This document shows positions 12,901 to 24,831 of a stretch of 64,000 nucleotides of DNA, one piece after another (within the stretch, counting starts at the first letter, position 1; each line of letters starts with the position of its first letter). The translations under genes and the position numbers were made by a program. The stretch comes from Monocercomonoides exilis PA203 (lineage: Eukaryota; Protista; Preaxostyla): NCBI GenBank assembly GCA_001643675.2, contig LSRY02000025.1:992001-1056000 (forward strand), in the 5' to 3' direction. The notes beneath the pieces are model-generated. The model saw only the letters and a program-made list of their open reading frames with translations. It was not told the DNA's origin and did not search any database.

Positions 12901-15439
12901 TCAGAATCTCCCGCAGCCTCTTCTCTCAAATGTCGTCTTCTTCGTCTGTTCCCGTCAAGTTGCAAACTTTTGCTTTCTTCTTATTCTTCTAATTGTTGTT
13001 TTTAGGTTTTGATATGCTTTTATTTTCTTTCCTTTTGAAACAACTGATTTTGGATTGTTCATTGAATCCTCCAATATCACTTCTCGTTTTCGTCGTTGTT
13101 CAAGTAATCATCTTCTTTATCCTCATTTTTCGTGTTATCTTCATATCCTTTCTCTTCTTCCTTATTTCTATTTTCATTCAAATAATTATTCACTTCGTTC
13201 TCTTCTTTCTCACCTTCTTTGCCATCCACCTCACTTTTTGTAGCATTCACACTCATTCCTGGTCTTTTAATCGATTCATCAATCGGCGTCGGAGAAAGCA
13301 GCAGGTTTGGCCTGACCATCAAAAGCACTTCAGTCACATCAGAATCACGTTGAATCTCAAGCGCCTGGTAATACCTTCGCATCAGCCTCTGTTTCTCTCT
13401 CTGTTTGTGTCTCTTCTCTCTTCGCTCTTCTTCATCACTGACGATGGAGCTGTTGGAAAGGCATTCTTTTTCTTCCTTTTTCTTCGGTTTCTTCAAAGAA
13501 TCTCTTCTTATCAATGATAAACTCTCGTTTTCTTCTGCTTTCACTTTATTTTCTTTTTCTTCATCATTGTTATCTCCATCATTTTCGGGCTTCAATACCT
13601 TCCTCAACTTTATCAGTTCTCTTATCCTTCTCTCCTCTCTTCTCTTGTTCCTAACTTCTCTTTTTCGCTCTCTTTCGCTCTATCTCTTTCTCCCTTCCTC
13701 TTCTTCAGATTCTCTGCATATCGCTCCATCATCCGAAATTATGCAAAAAACGTTAGCGCCTCATACACATCGGGATAGAGAACAAAATATTGTCTTTTCC
13801 TTCTTCTTCTGAACTGCTGCCTCATCCTCCTCATCTGCTGCTCTTCTCCTGTCAGAAATCTGTTTCTTGAAGAACGAAGCAATGAGGAAGAAGAAGAAGA
13901 AGAAGAAAATGAATTTGCACAGATAGCTTTTTTTTCATCTTCGGAATGGTGAATTAAACATGAAAAGAATGGATATTTGGTGAACAGTTGTCGAGAGGAA
14001 GAAATGTGAATGAAATAATTTTTCGGTTCAATTTATCTGTGCTTCCGATTGAACAGCTTAAATGTATCAGAAGGTCGATGTTCCGATCCAATGCAAAGTT
14101 AGTGAAAATGGCATTGAAAAAGTTGGAGAAGGAGCTGAAGAAGAAGAAAATGGTGAAGATGGAACAACTGGTGGGAAAGAATAAAACGTAGAAGAAGTTG
14201 AAGAAGTTGAAGAAAAAGAAGAAGAAGAAATTATTGAGAGATGAACAATCAGTCAAATAACATTTCTAAAGAAGATGATGAAAACGACTTGTTTGATGCT
14301 GTCAGTTGGTTAAATGTCACATTTGATAAGTTGACTTAGGAAATGATAAAAAACCCCAATCACATATAATATTGGCCAATTAGTGTTAATTTGTCAATGA
14401 AAACTGATATCTTCAGTTCATTTGCAAACTTTGAATTGCTTCATTGCCTTTCTTTTCAAAAACAAAAAACAATCACGTTTGTCTTTTGGCTATGAAAATG
14501 CAAACAATATTAATATCTGATGAAGATAATTGAAAGAAGAAGAAGAAGAAGAAAAAGAAAAAGAAGAGAAAAAAGATGGAGAAAAAAAATGGAAAAAGGG
14601 TCAGAATATGATGCAGAAAAAGATTGTATTGCTTGTTTTGATGTTGACGGTGATGAATAAGATGGCAAAGACGAAGAAAATGAGGAAGAAGAAGGAGAAG
14701 ACGTTTAACATGTTGAATATGCCTGTTGGAGAAATAGAAGCTTTTGGATTGCATTTCTCCGAATAAAAATGTTCTCATTAGCTTATTTTTGAATTCATAA
14801 AAAGATGACGATAAGCTGAAGGAATTAAATAGCAATGGAAAGAGAAAGAAGTTGAAGAATTTGAAGAAGAAGATGAAGGAAATGAGGAGGAGGAAGATGA
14901 AGAAAGTGGAAAAGGTGAAGAAGACAAGATGATTGAGAATGAGCAACCTGTCAAATATAATTTCTGAAAAAAATACGAGAAGGCTTCATGAAGTATCGAC
15001 TGAATAAAATGCTGCATTTGAAAATGCAGTTCAAATTAATCGAAATCTGTTATCGCAAACATAGCGACAAGCTGACGGAAATCAACGAAGCTGGATTTTC
15101 ACATCAACTGATTTCCGTTGAGTGGTTGCAAGCCATTTTCTTTTTTTAAAGAAATACCAATCTTTCTTAATTTCTTTCTTTTATCTTTTTTCAATCACTC
15201 CTTTTGCAGTTCAACAGTTCTCTTTCTTCTTTCTCATCCTCCTTTATCCACATCCAAACCATAAATTTTCAGAGAAATCCATTTTTTCAACAAAGATACC
15301 TCCTTATCATTATTTTCTCGTGCTGATCAAAACTTTGCAGGATCGTCTTCTCCAGCTCACTTGCAGCAGTCTGCATCACAGCAAAAGAAAACTGTTTTCA
15401 TTCCCAACAGACCTTTCAACCCCTGCGATGAAATGCCCT

Positions 15440-17620
15440 ATTTACAGCATCTGAATTTCACAGCTATATAAACCAAATGCCATGATGCAATATCCCAAAA
15501 AGAATATTGATAACGGACTCTGATGCACACACTCTGCACACCTGCCACCTGGCGCTGCGAGGTCGATCTGTGCGCTCCGCTCGAACAGCCCTGAGGCCGA
15601 GCACAGGCAGAATGCGCAGAATCAGAGGACGGAGCACGCACATGCAAAGCGGCTGTGCCGCCGTGGTGCGGAAGGAGGTAGTTTCCAGACGCTATCTCGA
15701 TTCCCCCCTGCAAAAGATACGACATCCACAGGAACGCCGACGACGCTGCCGGCGGACCCATCGAAAGATCCACCGCGCACATCCTCAGCGACTCCCACTC
15801 GTCCACAAACACACAATACGAAACACTAAACACCCCAATCATCCCTTTCCCGTGGCACACTTGCCCGATCGCATACGTCGCATCCAGCAGAGCGATCGAC
15901 GGCACACTTTCCTGCGGCACAACCGCCCCTATTGCAACAAACTCGTCCATCCTCTCTCTCTCTCTGCCTGTCCGAACTCAATTGCAACGACACTCCATCC
16001 GATGCCAAACACCCATCCCCACCCCCACCCACACCCCCTTCTCTTCTCTTCTCTCTCCTCCCAAACAGCCTCTCCCCAATAAACGTGATGCTCATCGTCC
16101 CGTCCGGCTGTATCATCCCTTCCACAACCGGCTTCCCCGTAATACGCTCCCGCTCCGCACACAGCTCCACCAGCACCCCCGTCACCGTCATCGTCACCAG
16201 ATTGTCCCGCCTGCTCCCATACGCACTCTCGTCAACCAGCCTCAAAAACCTTTCATGCAGCGATTCCATGTCCAGAATCTGCCATTCTTCTTCTTCCTCT
16301 TCCTTCTCCAAATCAATCGAACTGCCCTCTTTCCCTGACTCCTCATTCATCCCCAAATCATTTTTCGACATTTCCACTTGTTCCTCATCTTTCCCCATTC
16401 CCTCTGCACTTCCCTCTGAAGCTATACCCAAAGACACATCTTCTGTCTCACTCCCCTCTGCTCTTGATATCTCCTGTTGAACGCCATCGGCTGACGAAGT
16501 ACTGCACACATCAGCTCCTATTGATGCTACTTGTCTGCCTCCACATCCGCCTTCACAAACCTCAGCTTACTCAGCCCAAGCGCCTCCACAACCAGCTGCG
16601 TCTCGCTTTTTCCAGCTTCCCCAAATTCTCTTTGATTTTCTCCACAAACTCTCTGTGCGCTGTCGAATGCCCGCCTTTCACATCATTCCCATCACCTCCC
16701 TCTCTCCCTCCATCTTTGCATCCATCTTCTTCTCCCTTTTCTTTTCCATTTTCTTCTCCCTCTTTGCCTCCCCCTTTTCCTTCCTTGGCTTTTCGGGCTC
16801 CTCCAGGACAGCCAGCGCAATCGCCACTTACAACAGAACAACATTTTCCATCATCAACCTTGTTTCCTCCAGCCCCTTCTCCACAATCTCTCCCACTTCA
16901 CACACTACAACCCATCGCCCCATCACTTCATCACTTCCTCGTCCAGCTTCACCACCACACGCCTCGACTGCGGCGATCGCAACACCAGCCGCGCTATCGC
17001 CGAATGCAGCAGCGACGGGTCAAACAGATCGTTGATCGACGAGAACGCATTCACATCTGCCGCTGCAAAGATCCGCTTGCTCCCCGACTTCGTGCCCATC
17101 GACGCTGCAAGCGACGGAAGCCGTGCCACCAGCGGAACCGAAAGCATCGCCGAAAGCGCCACATCGTATGCACACACAACACACCCATACAGCACAGCCC
17201 GCCGAGCCACAACATATCCCCGCAGCGTCTGTTGCTCCCTCAGAAACGACTGTCTGTGATTTTCACACACCCCAGCCGTCTCTGGCACCACAATCGCAGT
17301 CGCCTCTCGATGTCATCCACCACTGCTGCCGACGTGTTTGACGCCGCTACAGCAAATACATCCGAATGATCAATTGAAGACTCTGATAACGATGACTGCA
17401 TATCTCTTGTAGTCTTTTTCTTTTCGCTTCTCCGCCTCCGGAATGGCGAAGTTGATCGGCGTGCTGCTCCTGTTGAAGAAGACGAAGGCGCTGAGCGAAG
17501 AGACGATTCTTGCGCTGCCCTGGAAACAAGAAGCTTTTTGAAATAGGCTTTCGTGTCATACAACAGCTCCTCTTATGACACAAACACAACATCAACATTC
17601 GGATCAGAAAGATCAACCAG
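15440..17620 (-). pseudogene. GC-richer decayed or spliced gene of unknown function
   Basis: Local GC rise with several minus-strand coding-like fragments (17240-17563, 16923-17291, 15826-16509) separated by frame breaks. Confidence 0.35.
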
Positions 17621-19672
17621 CCGCGAAAGCTCCCCGTTCTCGAGCGATGGGAAAAGATGGAACAGTGTTTCTTAAAAAGTTGAGTTGAAATTAGAAGATG
17701 AAGAAGTTATGCTAATAATGAATGAACTAACGTTCTGGTCTAATATCAGATGAATTGAATGAAGGACAAATGGAAAGATCAATTCAGAAATGGAAACTGC
17801 GCCAGTTGCTGTTATCTGCTCATTCTGTTGATTCAAACAAAAATCCCACAGAAGCCATGAGATATCAGACAGATTCCATAAAATGTTTGTTATTCTATCC
17901 TCAATATCTGGGGTTTGTTAACCAAAAATTCCAGATAAAAAATAGGTTCGCAAGCTTAAGGTTAGTTTTCTTGCCTATCTTCATTTTCCATTTGTTAAAA
18001 TACTCATTATCATTCAGAATAAAACATCATTGTCAAGGTCGGTTACTTTGCTTCCTTTTCATTTCTCTTGTTGACACTGATGCAGATGCAATAATCGAAG
18101 ATATTCTATCAGGCGAAGTGAATGATGAAGCAGTTGAAGAATTTATGTGATTAGGCTACAATTCATTGAAGAAGAAGTCGATGAATGAGTGGAATGAGTT
18201 GATTGGCTGTTGATGATTGCGAAGATGAAAGTTAAAAATATTTCAATGGAGAAATTCAATGAAATCCTTTTCTTCATGCTTGTGTCTTTTACTTCTGTGC
18301 CTTATTCTTTCGAACAGTAACCAGTGAATCCTTCAAACGTTCGGTGTGCCCCTTTTCCTCTTGTCAACAAAAATAGGAAACATATGGCAATTCATTTCTG
18401 TTTCATCCTTTCCTCGTTTTCCTCTTTCATATCCTTTGCTTCAATTAAAACATCTTTCAAGTTAAACATTTCATCGACAAAGAACAAATGATAGGAGTTT
18501 TGTGCTATCTGGCTGCACACTCAATCTTTGGGCATCCACCTTTTTTCGTCTGTCCTTCTTTCATTTATAAATTATTTCTTCACTTTTCTTCATCTTGGAG
18601 CAAATGGATTTCTTCCTTTTCAAAGCAACAAAGTATATCTCTCTGTGTTGCTCGTTCTTTTTGTTCTGCATTTTTCATTTTGTAGCCTTAATTAAAACAC
18701 GAACGTGCAAATGATGTATTTCAATAAATTCAACATCTTTCAAAAACAAACATTCTATACAAACATAAAGCATTATTTCTCGTTCGTATCTACATATTTA
18801 AAGATCAACACTGCATCAATGCGCCAAGAAGGCACAATTGAACTATTAACCTTTATTTAACATTCCATCAAGAATTTGCGCATAAAAGTTATTATCATCC
18901 GCTTTAAAAGAAATTGTTAGCTCCATGCATTTCGCTTGCATAATGAACGATTGTCTTGTTATTCAAATATCGAATATTTGTATTTTCAAATTTCCATATT
19001 TTTATTAATTACAGTGTGTGCTTAACCCGTTCCAAGTGCAAAACCCGATCCTTTTTCCTAACTTTTCTGAATCACTCGTTTGACTGAAACTTTCATTTTT
19101 TTGGTATTGATTGGCTTGATTTCCTTTTAAATGACTTTCCCATGCAAAATTTGACACTCATGGCATCTCAAAAGTCTTCAATCAAATCAAATAAAATTAA
19201 CAAATCCGTTGCAATTTCTTTTAGAAATAAATTTTTTAAATTAAAACTTGTTAAAGATTCCTCTATTGTTCTTTCTGTTTCTTTTGCACACATTGAAAAG
19301 ATGGAATGAAAGCAAAAAGAGAAAAGAAAAGCTCATCAAAATTAACTCTTATTATGAGAAAATTGTTGGGAACGTTTTTAGAAAATATAATTTCGAAATT
19401 TTCAATTTTTCATTTAATTTTTCTCTGATTTCCTTTTCTTTCTTGCAACAAACAGGTGAAAACAATCTCGGAGGCTTCAAGAATTTTTCTTCCTTAACTT
19501 TGTGAGCTTTTTTGACAGTGTCTTCGTTATCATCATTGCGAATGCGGATCTTTTTTCTGCTCCTTGCAATCTTTTTGCTAAGCTGTTTCTGTTCGTTTTC
19601 CTCTGTCAGGTTCCAAAATTCTTTTCTGGAATGTTTTGGTGAACGTTTTTTATTGATAAAAACGCAGTGAGA

Positions 19673-19736
19673 CAGGTTTGCTCCGAGATAATGAGTATTT
19701 ATAAATAATGGGTGGTTTGAGTGAAAAACTTCGCCC
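19673..19736. repeat. DIRS inverted terminal repeat (3' end of element); partner at ~25618-25681
   Basis: caggtttgctcc..gataatgagtatttataaataatgggtggttt..aaacttcgcc is the imperfect reverse complement of ggcgaagttt..aaaccacccattatttataaatactcattatc..ggagcaaacctg. Confidence 0.9.
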
Positions 19737-20310
19737 TATCCCAAATGACGTGGAAAAAAGGGCGAGATAAAAATTCGAAACAATAACATTAAAAATTAAC
19801 AATAATAGAATAATGCATTGTCCGCTTCACTTCACCACCCACTTCGCCTTTTCGCCTTGGTCACGAAGGCCAGATGGCAGGGGGTATACCCCTCGGAGCT
19901 CTCTCCTGCAGGTCGTGCAGGGGTCCGGTGAGGCGAAAGCTCGACTGGAGCAGAAAGAAAAACCACTCTCGCTTTCGCGAGGCGTGGAAAAGAAAACTGC
20001 GTGTACTTTGCTCTGCCTCTCGCTCTTCTGTAGCATCAGCAGAGCAATCCTAATCATCACACGTTGCAGATTAAAGGTTCAATTCTTCTCTGTCAGAACA
20101 CTGGTAATATTGGAAAGAGCAGGATTATTCTTGAAGTTATTGGTTCATTTACATGTTTCTTTGAACAGGTTCTTGGTGCACATTGATGTGTTCGGCGGTT
20201 GTTCTTTCGGTCTCTGCTTCACTGTCTCGCCCTTTTTTCACGTCTTCTCTCCGCAAATTTCAGGTTCCCTTTCGCACCACTCCACATATTGTCTCTCCAT
20301 CCGCGTCCCT

Positions 20311-20408
20311 ATTATCTCGGAGCAAACCTGTCTCACTGCGTTTTTATCAATTCGCAATGGAGCGAATCTGCAAACGCAAGGAGCAGGTTTGCTCCTTCGA
20401 TAATGAGT
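20311..20408. repeat. DIRS internal complementary region (ICR)
   Basis: 20311-20351 is the reverse complement of 19652-19692; 20350-20408 is the reverse complement of 25657-25715. The halves overlap at an AT. Confidence 0.93.
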
Positions 20409-20518
20409 CTCGAAATCCCTTCTTCTCTATGAATGTGTGATCTAAAACCCCTCTCCTAGCACTCACGAGTGCGGCGGATGAGTTGAGAGCATGCGTGGAT
20501 TGGTGCGGACCTCCTGCT

Positions 20519-23500
20519 CTATGCCCGCTCCTTCTTGGGATATCTCTGAGGGGACATTGGCCCGGTCGTTACCCCCTCAGTGTTATCCCCTATCTGTGCT
20601 ATACTTCTTCCACTGTGCTTCCTCCGGTCTTTCCCTCTCTTCTTCAGCGGCGTTGGATCCTTCTCTCCTGTCAGCTCACAAATATTACTGGGGATAATGG
20701 AGGGTGTCTTCTGAGGACTCGGTTGTCGAGGTGTTGAGCTTCGTGAATGAGTTGTTTCACTTCTCCTTTCTTCTCCACTCTGCAGATTCATTCTTCCCCT
20801 TGATCGCTTTCTCGTGAGTTTCTTTCTGATTCCGAATCCCGCTTTGGGTAATTCATTAGCTCGATCTTTCATCTCCGTTTCTGATATCTCTAGCGTCCCT
20901 TCCTTCATATCTCCCATCTTATCTATCTTATAATCTTCTCCCCTCTGGGATACTGATCCACCGATCGTCTCCAGAATCCAATTTGTGTCTTGTACCGGTA
21001 ACACGGTATAATATTCCTGGCCCACTCTCGAACCCGGAGCCCATCTCGCGTAAGCATTGATCACCTTCCAGTCTGCTCCCTCTTGTCTTGCTAAGTGTGT
21101 GATCACTGCGTGTCTTATGGAGTATGCGGTGAAAGATTCGGGAATTTCGTTCTCTCTCAGAATAGCTGTTAGTTCTTCTTTAATCTTCTGCAAGCTTGCA
21201 GGTTGCATTTCCTTGATATCGAACCACACATGTTCGCTCTTAAAGGTCGTCTTCGTATAGTCCATCCAGTGTTGGAGAGCCTCAACTGCATCGATACGTG
21301 GGTTGGGGTGTTTCCGTATTATAACTTTGATAATCTCACCTCCCGACGTCTTGGTTCGTACCTGTGTTTGGATAGAGTTATCTTTAAATGTTGTTGTCTC
21401 TCTTCTCATTCTTTCCAGCTCTGCTGGCCTTAGGGCACCAAAGATCATAGTGAGAATGAGGGCTCTCCTCTGGAGAGTCCGAATATCTTTAGAGTCGTAG
21501 GTGCTCTCAGCCCATCTTGTGATAATTGTCAAGTCCCACATTGATTTGTATCGTTTTCCCCTTCTTGGCTTATCCCCCACATAAGTCTTTAAAAATATTT
21601 CTATGTCCTTCCGATCGATCTTGGTCTCTCTAAAAAGATTGATGGACTCCAGTACTTTCAGGACTGTCTGATAAATCACTCCACTTGAGAGGTTTGTATT
21701 CGAGAGTGTTTCGATGAACTCTGCCATAATCCACTTCGCATCTTTTGTTGTGAGGGGGTCAGTGTCGTCCATGCTCTCTCTATCAAGGAATTGTTTAAAT
21801 CTTCGCAGCGCTCTCCACGTATCTCTTTCGCTCTTTTGACTTCTAAGTATTGCTGCTGCTATCTCCCTTGCACCAACGTATTCTCCCCATGTTAAGAAGA
21901 GGTCTCTTCCTTGTATATTCTCTTGCCCAGTGTGACGGCTATCACCTCTCCTGGGGGTAGTTTCCAGCCTTCCCTTCTCATCTTCGCTCCCAGTATCATG
22001 CTCTCCTGAAAGGTCCCCAGTGCCTCTATCGAATGCCCAGGCTGCAGTAACGGGGTCCAGGTCTGCCCCCGCCAGGGTGGCAGAATCAGAATCGTTAGTT
22101 CCCTCTGGGCTTCCTTCATCTTCTCTTTCAAGGTTCGTCCAATGTTTCTCAGGAACGGGTGGACTAGCACTATGTCGTCTTCTGGTGTTCCTCTCTCTCT
22201 CTTCCTTCTCCCGGAGGATAGTCTCCAAGTACTCCCGCAGGGCACCGGCGCAATCTGATCTAAAGTTGTATCTTGTATTCTCGGTGCGATTGTTTGTAAT
22301 ATCTCTGCGACTTTCTCCCCCCTCAGTGCATAGTCCGGCTTTCTCGCCATCCGGCTGAGTGCATCCGCTTCCGTGTTCTGTTCTCCCGGGAGGTGTTCCG
22401 TTTGAATTGTGATGTCCAGGCTGTTCAGTTTCTTCTCCAATGCTCTCAGTGTTGGAATGAGCGATGGCGCTCCTCTCTTCTTCTGGATTGTCCATCTCGT
22501 GGACATGTTGTCTGTCTTCAGACGAATATGGTCTATTTTCTGTTCTTTCAGCCATGCTCCTTTCCTTTCCAAAGTCCTCAACACTGCTCTGGACTCCTTC
22601 TCGTTTATCGCTAACTCGCTCTCCTGGAGGGTCCAACTCCCGTGAACATATATCTTCTCCTCTTTGTTCTCTGTTGATATTGTTAATACTGCACCCCATC
22701 CCAGCTCTGATGCGTCCGTTGTAAGTTCTGCTGGTCTGTTCCTTCTCCTCAGACTCCTTGGCCTGTTCTCTAGCAGGGTTTTTCTCCAATGCGTTAATTC
22801 TCCCAGTATCATTGGATTGACTATCACAGTTCCGTTCCAGCCCCCTCGGGCTATTGCCTGCCTCAGTACGTATTGCATGCGCTTCATCCACAAACTTGCT
22901 GGTGGGTGTTGTAGTCTCACGAAGTTCAACCTTCCGAGGAGTGCTGCTAAGTCCCTCGTCTTCTGTTTCCTCCTTTTCTTTGCATGTGCTATCCATTTTC
23001 GCACATCCTCCAGGAGCAGCACTCTCTTCCTTTCTTGGAGTGTCACTTCCATCTTCTCTGAGTTCCACAGCCATCCCAAAAACTCTACGCTCCTTGCGGG
23101 TTCTAGCTTCAGCTTCTCCTCCAACAGTATCCAGCCCAGATTTCTCAGGAACTGGGCTATCTCCTGTGAGATCGATCTCAAGGCATCCCTGTCTGGATGC
23201 ATAAGGAGAATATCGTCCAGATATATCACCAGCTTTACCTTCCACTGTTCTCTGATATGTGACGCTGCCCGTCTCATTATCTTCGTGAATACTCTGGGCG
23301 CGTCCTTTGCTCCAAATGGCATCCCCACGTATGAGTAGCAGTGATCTTGAAAGCTGAAGCACAGATAGGGACTGAATTGCTCGTCCACTTTGACATGTTG
23401 ATAAGCACTCGATATGTCGAGGGTGGTCATCCAATCGTTCTCCTCCAGGAGTTCCACAACTGTCTCCTGGGAGTCCATCTTGAAATGCTTTCCCTGCACT

Positions 23501-24658
23501 TCCTCGTTCAGAGCTCTGCAATCCAGTATCTTCCTCCACTTTCCGTTTTTCTTTCTCACCATGAATGTCGGATTGAACCACTTCGCCTCTGACTCCTGTA
23601 TGGGCTTCACCACTCCGTCCTTCAGTTCCCCCTCCAAGAGGGATAAATAATTGTTCATCATCTCCGTTGTTCCCCGAAACTCTTGTCTGTGTTTTCTCCC
23701 CTCGAGTGAGATTGGGGATTGGGGATCTTTCCATCGAGCTCTTATACCACGGCTCACTAGTCTGTCTCCCCCAATCTTCCTCCACTCGCTCAGCCTGTTC
23801 ACTAGTCTCCCAGGTAGCGGTTCCGTCAGTGGTCCAATCGATGTTCTTTCCTCCACTTCTGGAACCTTGTGGCCAAACTGTATCTGTGTAATCTCTTCCC
23901 CCTGGGGCATATCTGCAAAAGTTGTCTTCGAGCTCTCCTCTAGGTCGTTCCCAATTGGGGGCTCTATAACAATCCCAAAAGTTTTCAAGACACTCTTCTC
24001 GTTCCTCCTCTCGCTCGTCTGTTCCTTCACTCGGGGATATGCGGAGTCTCCTTCTGTTTTCGTTGTATCGTGTAGCACATCTTCTCTCGCTCTCTCCCTC
24101 AAACGATCCCGTGCGGTTTCTCGTTCTCTCTCCTTCTCTTGGTCTAACCTGCTCACCACCTTTCCGATATTCACGTATTGTTTCTGCATTTCCGTCCAAG
24201 ATCGCGTCTCTCCCGGAGCTACGGTTACTCGTCGTGTATTCGTCTCGCTGTAATTTGCTTCTCTCTCTCCTCTCTCGGTCTCGCGGCAAAGTTCGGCTCT
24301 CTCTTCTCTCTCCACTCTCTCTCCCTTCCGCTTCTCTACTCCTGCGACCACTTGTTGGCTCCCATTGGTGATTCCATCGCTGTCCCTCCTTGAGTCCTTG
24401 GGGGAGCTGGGGGCAATGGTCCGATGATAGGGGCTGGCCTCCCTGAGATTGTTGGACCAAACTGTGCTTGGAACTGGGCTGTTCTTTTCTTTCCTTTGAA
24501 GTCTGCGAAGCTCCTGCCGTAACCTCTTCTCTGGAGCTGTCTGTATACAAAACCCTGGGTGCTCCTTCCCGAACTGTATCTTCTCGGGGGTCCACCTCTG
24601 GCTGTTGTGGGACCGAATCCTGTTGTGGAGTCGGGAGATGCACCGTATCCTGCTGCAT
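20519..24658 (-). CDS. DIRS tyrosine recombinase ORF (catalytic domain ~20900-21550; long N-terminal part overlaps pol)
   Basis: IFGALRPAEL (Arg), RTKT (Lys), AYSIRHA (HxxR variant YxxR), ARW, EYY (Tyr nucleophile). Confidence 0.9.
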   Translation of the reverse strand: MQQDTVHLPTPQQDSVPQQPEVDPREDTVREGAPRVLYTDSSREEVTAGASQTSKERKEQPSSKHSLVQQSQGGQPLSSDHCPQLPQGLKEGQRWNHQWEPTSGRRSREAEGRESGERRESRTLPRDRERRERSKLQRDEYTTSNRSSGRDAILDGNAETIREYRKGGEQVRPREGERTRNRTGSFEGESERRCATRYNENRRRLRISPSEGTDEREEEREECLENFWDCYRAPNWERPRGELEDNFCRYAPGGRDYTDTVWPQGSRSGGKNIDWTTDGTATWETSEQAERVEEDWGRQTSEPWYKSSMERSPIPNLTRGEKTQTRVSGNNGDDEQLFIPLGGGTEGRSGEAHTGVRGEVVQSDIHGEKEKRKVEEDTGLQSSERGSAGKAFQDGLPGDSCGTPGGERLDDHPRHIECLSTCQSGRAIQSLSVLQLSRSLLLIRGDAIWSKGRAQSIHEDNETGSVTYQRTVEGKAGDISGRYSPYASRQGCLEIDLTGDSPVPEKSGLDTVGGEAEARTRKERRVFGMAVELREDGSDTPRKEESAAPGGCAKMDSTCKEKEETEDEGLSSTPRKVELRETTTPTSKFVDEAHAIRTEAGNSPRGLERNCDSQSNDTGRINALEKNPAREQAKESEEKEQTSRTYNGRIRAGMGCSINNINREQRGEDICSRELDPPGERVSDKREGVQSSVEDFGKERSMAERTENRPYSSEDRQHVHEMDNPEEERSAIAHSNTESIGEETEQPGHHNSNGTPPGRTEHGSGCTQPDGEKAGLCTEGGESRRDITNNRTENTRYNFRSDCAGALREYLETILREKEERERNTRRRHSASPPVPEKHWTNLEREDEGSPEGTNDSDSATLAGADLDPVTAAWAFDRGTGDLSGEHDTGSEDEKGRLETTPRRGDSRHTGQENIQGRDLFLTWGEYVGAREIAAAILRSQKSERDTWRALRRFKQFLDRESMDDTDPLTTKDAKWIMAEFIETLSNTNLSSGVIYQTVLKVLESINLFRETKIDRKDIEIFLKTYVGDKPRRGKRYKSMWDLTIITRWAESTYDSKDIRTLQRRALILTMIFGALRPAELERMRRETTTFKDNSIQTQVRTKTSGGEIIKVIIRKHPNPRIDAVEALQHWMDYTKTTFKSEHVWFDIKEMQPASLQKIKEELTAILRENEIPESFTAYSIRHAVITHLARQEGADWKVINAYARWAPGSRVGQEYYTVLPVQDTNWILETIGGSVSQRGEDYKIDKMGDMKEGTLEISETEMKDRANELPKAGFGIRKKLTRKRSRGRMNLQSGEERRSETTHSRSSTPRQPSPQKTPSIIPSNICELTGEKDPTPLKKRGKDRRKHSGRSIAQIGDNTEGVTTGPMSPQRYPKKERA

Positions 24659-24831
24659 CTCCCTCTGCTTGAAAAAAGCTGGTGCTCTCCACCAGTTTTC
24701 TGAGGTTCTCCGGCACTTCTTTCGACATTCCCCCTTCTAAAAAGTCTTTTGCGCTTTCCCAACCCGATTGAGGAATAACTTTCAATAAGTTTATTCTGCT
24801 GATGCAGTCGGCGATAAGCGCGTAGGCGCAA
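21892..24831 (-). CDS. DIRS pol: reverse transcriptase, RNase H and degenerate DAM-methyltransferase-like domain (true start uncertain)
   Basis: FMVRKKNGKWRKILDCRALN, LDISSAY, MPFG, YLDD (RT); TTDASELGWG, INEKESRAV, TDN, HLPGEQNTEADALSR (RNase H); LVHPFL and LILPPWRGQTW (MT remnant). Confidence 0.95.
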   Translation of the reverse strand: MRLRAYRRLHQQNKLIESYSSIGLGKRKRLFRRGNVERSAGEPQKTGGEHQLFSSRGRCSRIRCISRLHNRIRSHNSQRWTPEKIQFGKEHPGFCIQTAPEKRLRQELRRLQRKEKNSPVPSTVWSNNLREASPYHRTIAPSSPKDSRRDSDGITNGSQQVVAGVEKRKGERVEREERAELCRETERGEREANYSETNTRRVTVAPGETRSWTEMQKQYVNIGKVVSRLDQEKERERETARDRLRERAREDVLHDTTKTEGDSAYPRVKEQTSERRNEKSVLKTFGIVIEPPIGNDLEESSKTTFADMPQGEEITQIQFGHKVPEVEERTSIGPLTEPLPGRLVNRLSEWRKIGGDRLVSRGIRARWKDPQSPISLEGRKHRQEFRGTTEMMNNYLSLLEGELKDGVVKPIQESEAKWFNPTFMVRKKNGKWRKILDCRALNEEVQGKHFKMDSQETVVELLEENDWMTTLDISSAYQHVKVDEQFSPYLCFSFQDHCYSYVGMPFGAKDAPRVFTKIMRRAASHIREQWKVKLVIYLDDILLMHPDRDALRSISQEIAQFLRNLGWILLEEKLKLEPARSVEFLGWLWNSEKMEVTLQERKRVLLLEDVRKWIAHAKKRRKQKTRDLAALLGRLNFVRLQHPPASLWMKRMQYVLRQAIARGGWNGTVIVNPMILGELTHWRKTLLENRPRSLRRRNRPAELTTDASELGWGAVLTISTENKEEKIYVHGSWTLQESELAINEKESRAVLRTLERKGAWLKEQKIDHIRLKTDNMSTRWTIQKKRGAPSLIPTLRALEKKLNSLDITIQTEHLPGEQNTEADALSRMARKPDYALRGEKVAEILQTIAPRIQDTTLDQIAPVPCGSTWRLSSGRRKRERGTPEDDIVLVHPFLRNIGRTLKEKMKEAQRELTILILPPWRGQTWTPLLQPGHSIEALGTFQESMILGAKMRREGWKLPPGEVIAVTLGKRIYKEETSS

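Noticed and set aside
15826-16509. FHIP/FAM160-like C-terminal motif (DNLVTMTVTGVLVELC)
   Set aside because: Too short a resemblance in a fragmented region to support a family call.
19925-19950. Hammerhead core in the DIRS 3' region (ccggtgag..gaaa..cgac)
   Set aside because: Deviates from CUGANGA and GAAA at essential positions.
24668-24682. Slippery site for gag-to-pol frameshifting (AGC TTT TTT CAA)
   Set aside because: Not a canonical X XXY YYZ heptamer in the gag frame; cannot be supported from sequence alone.
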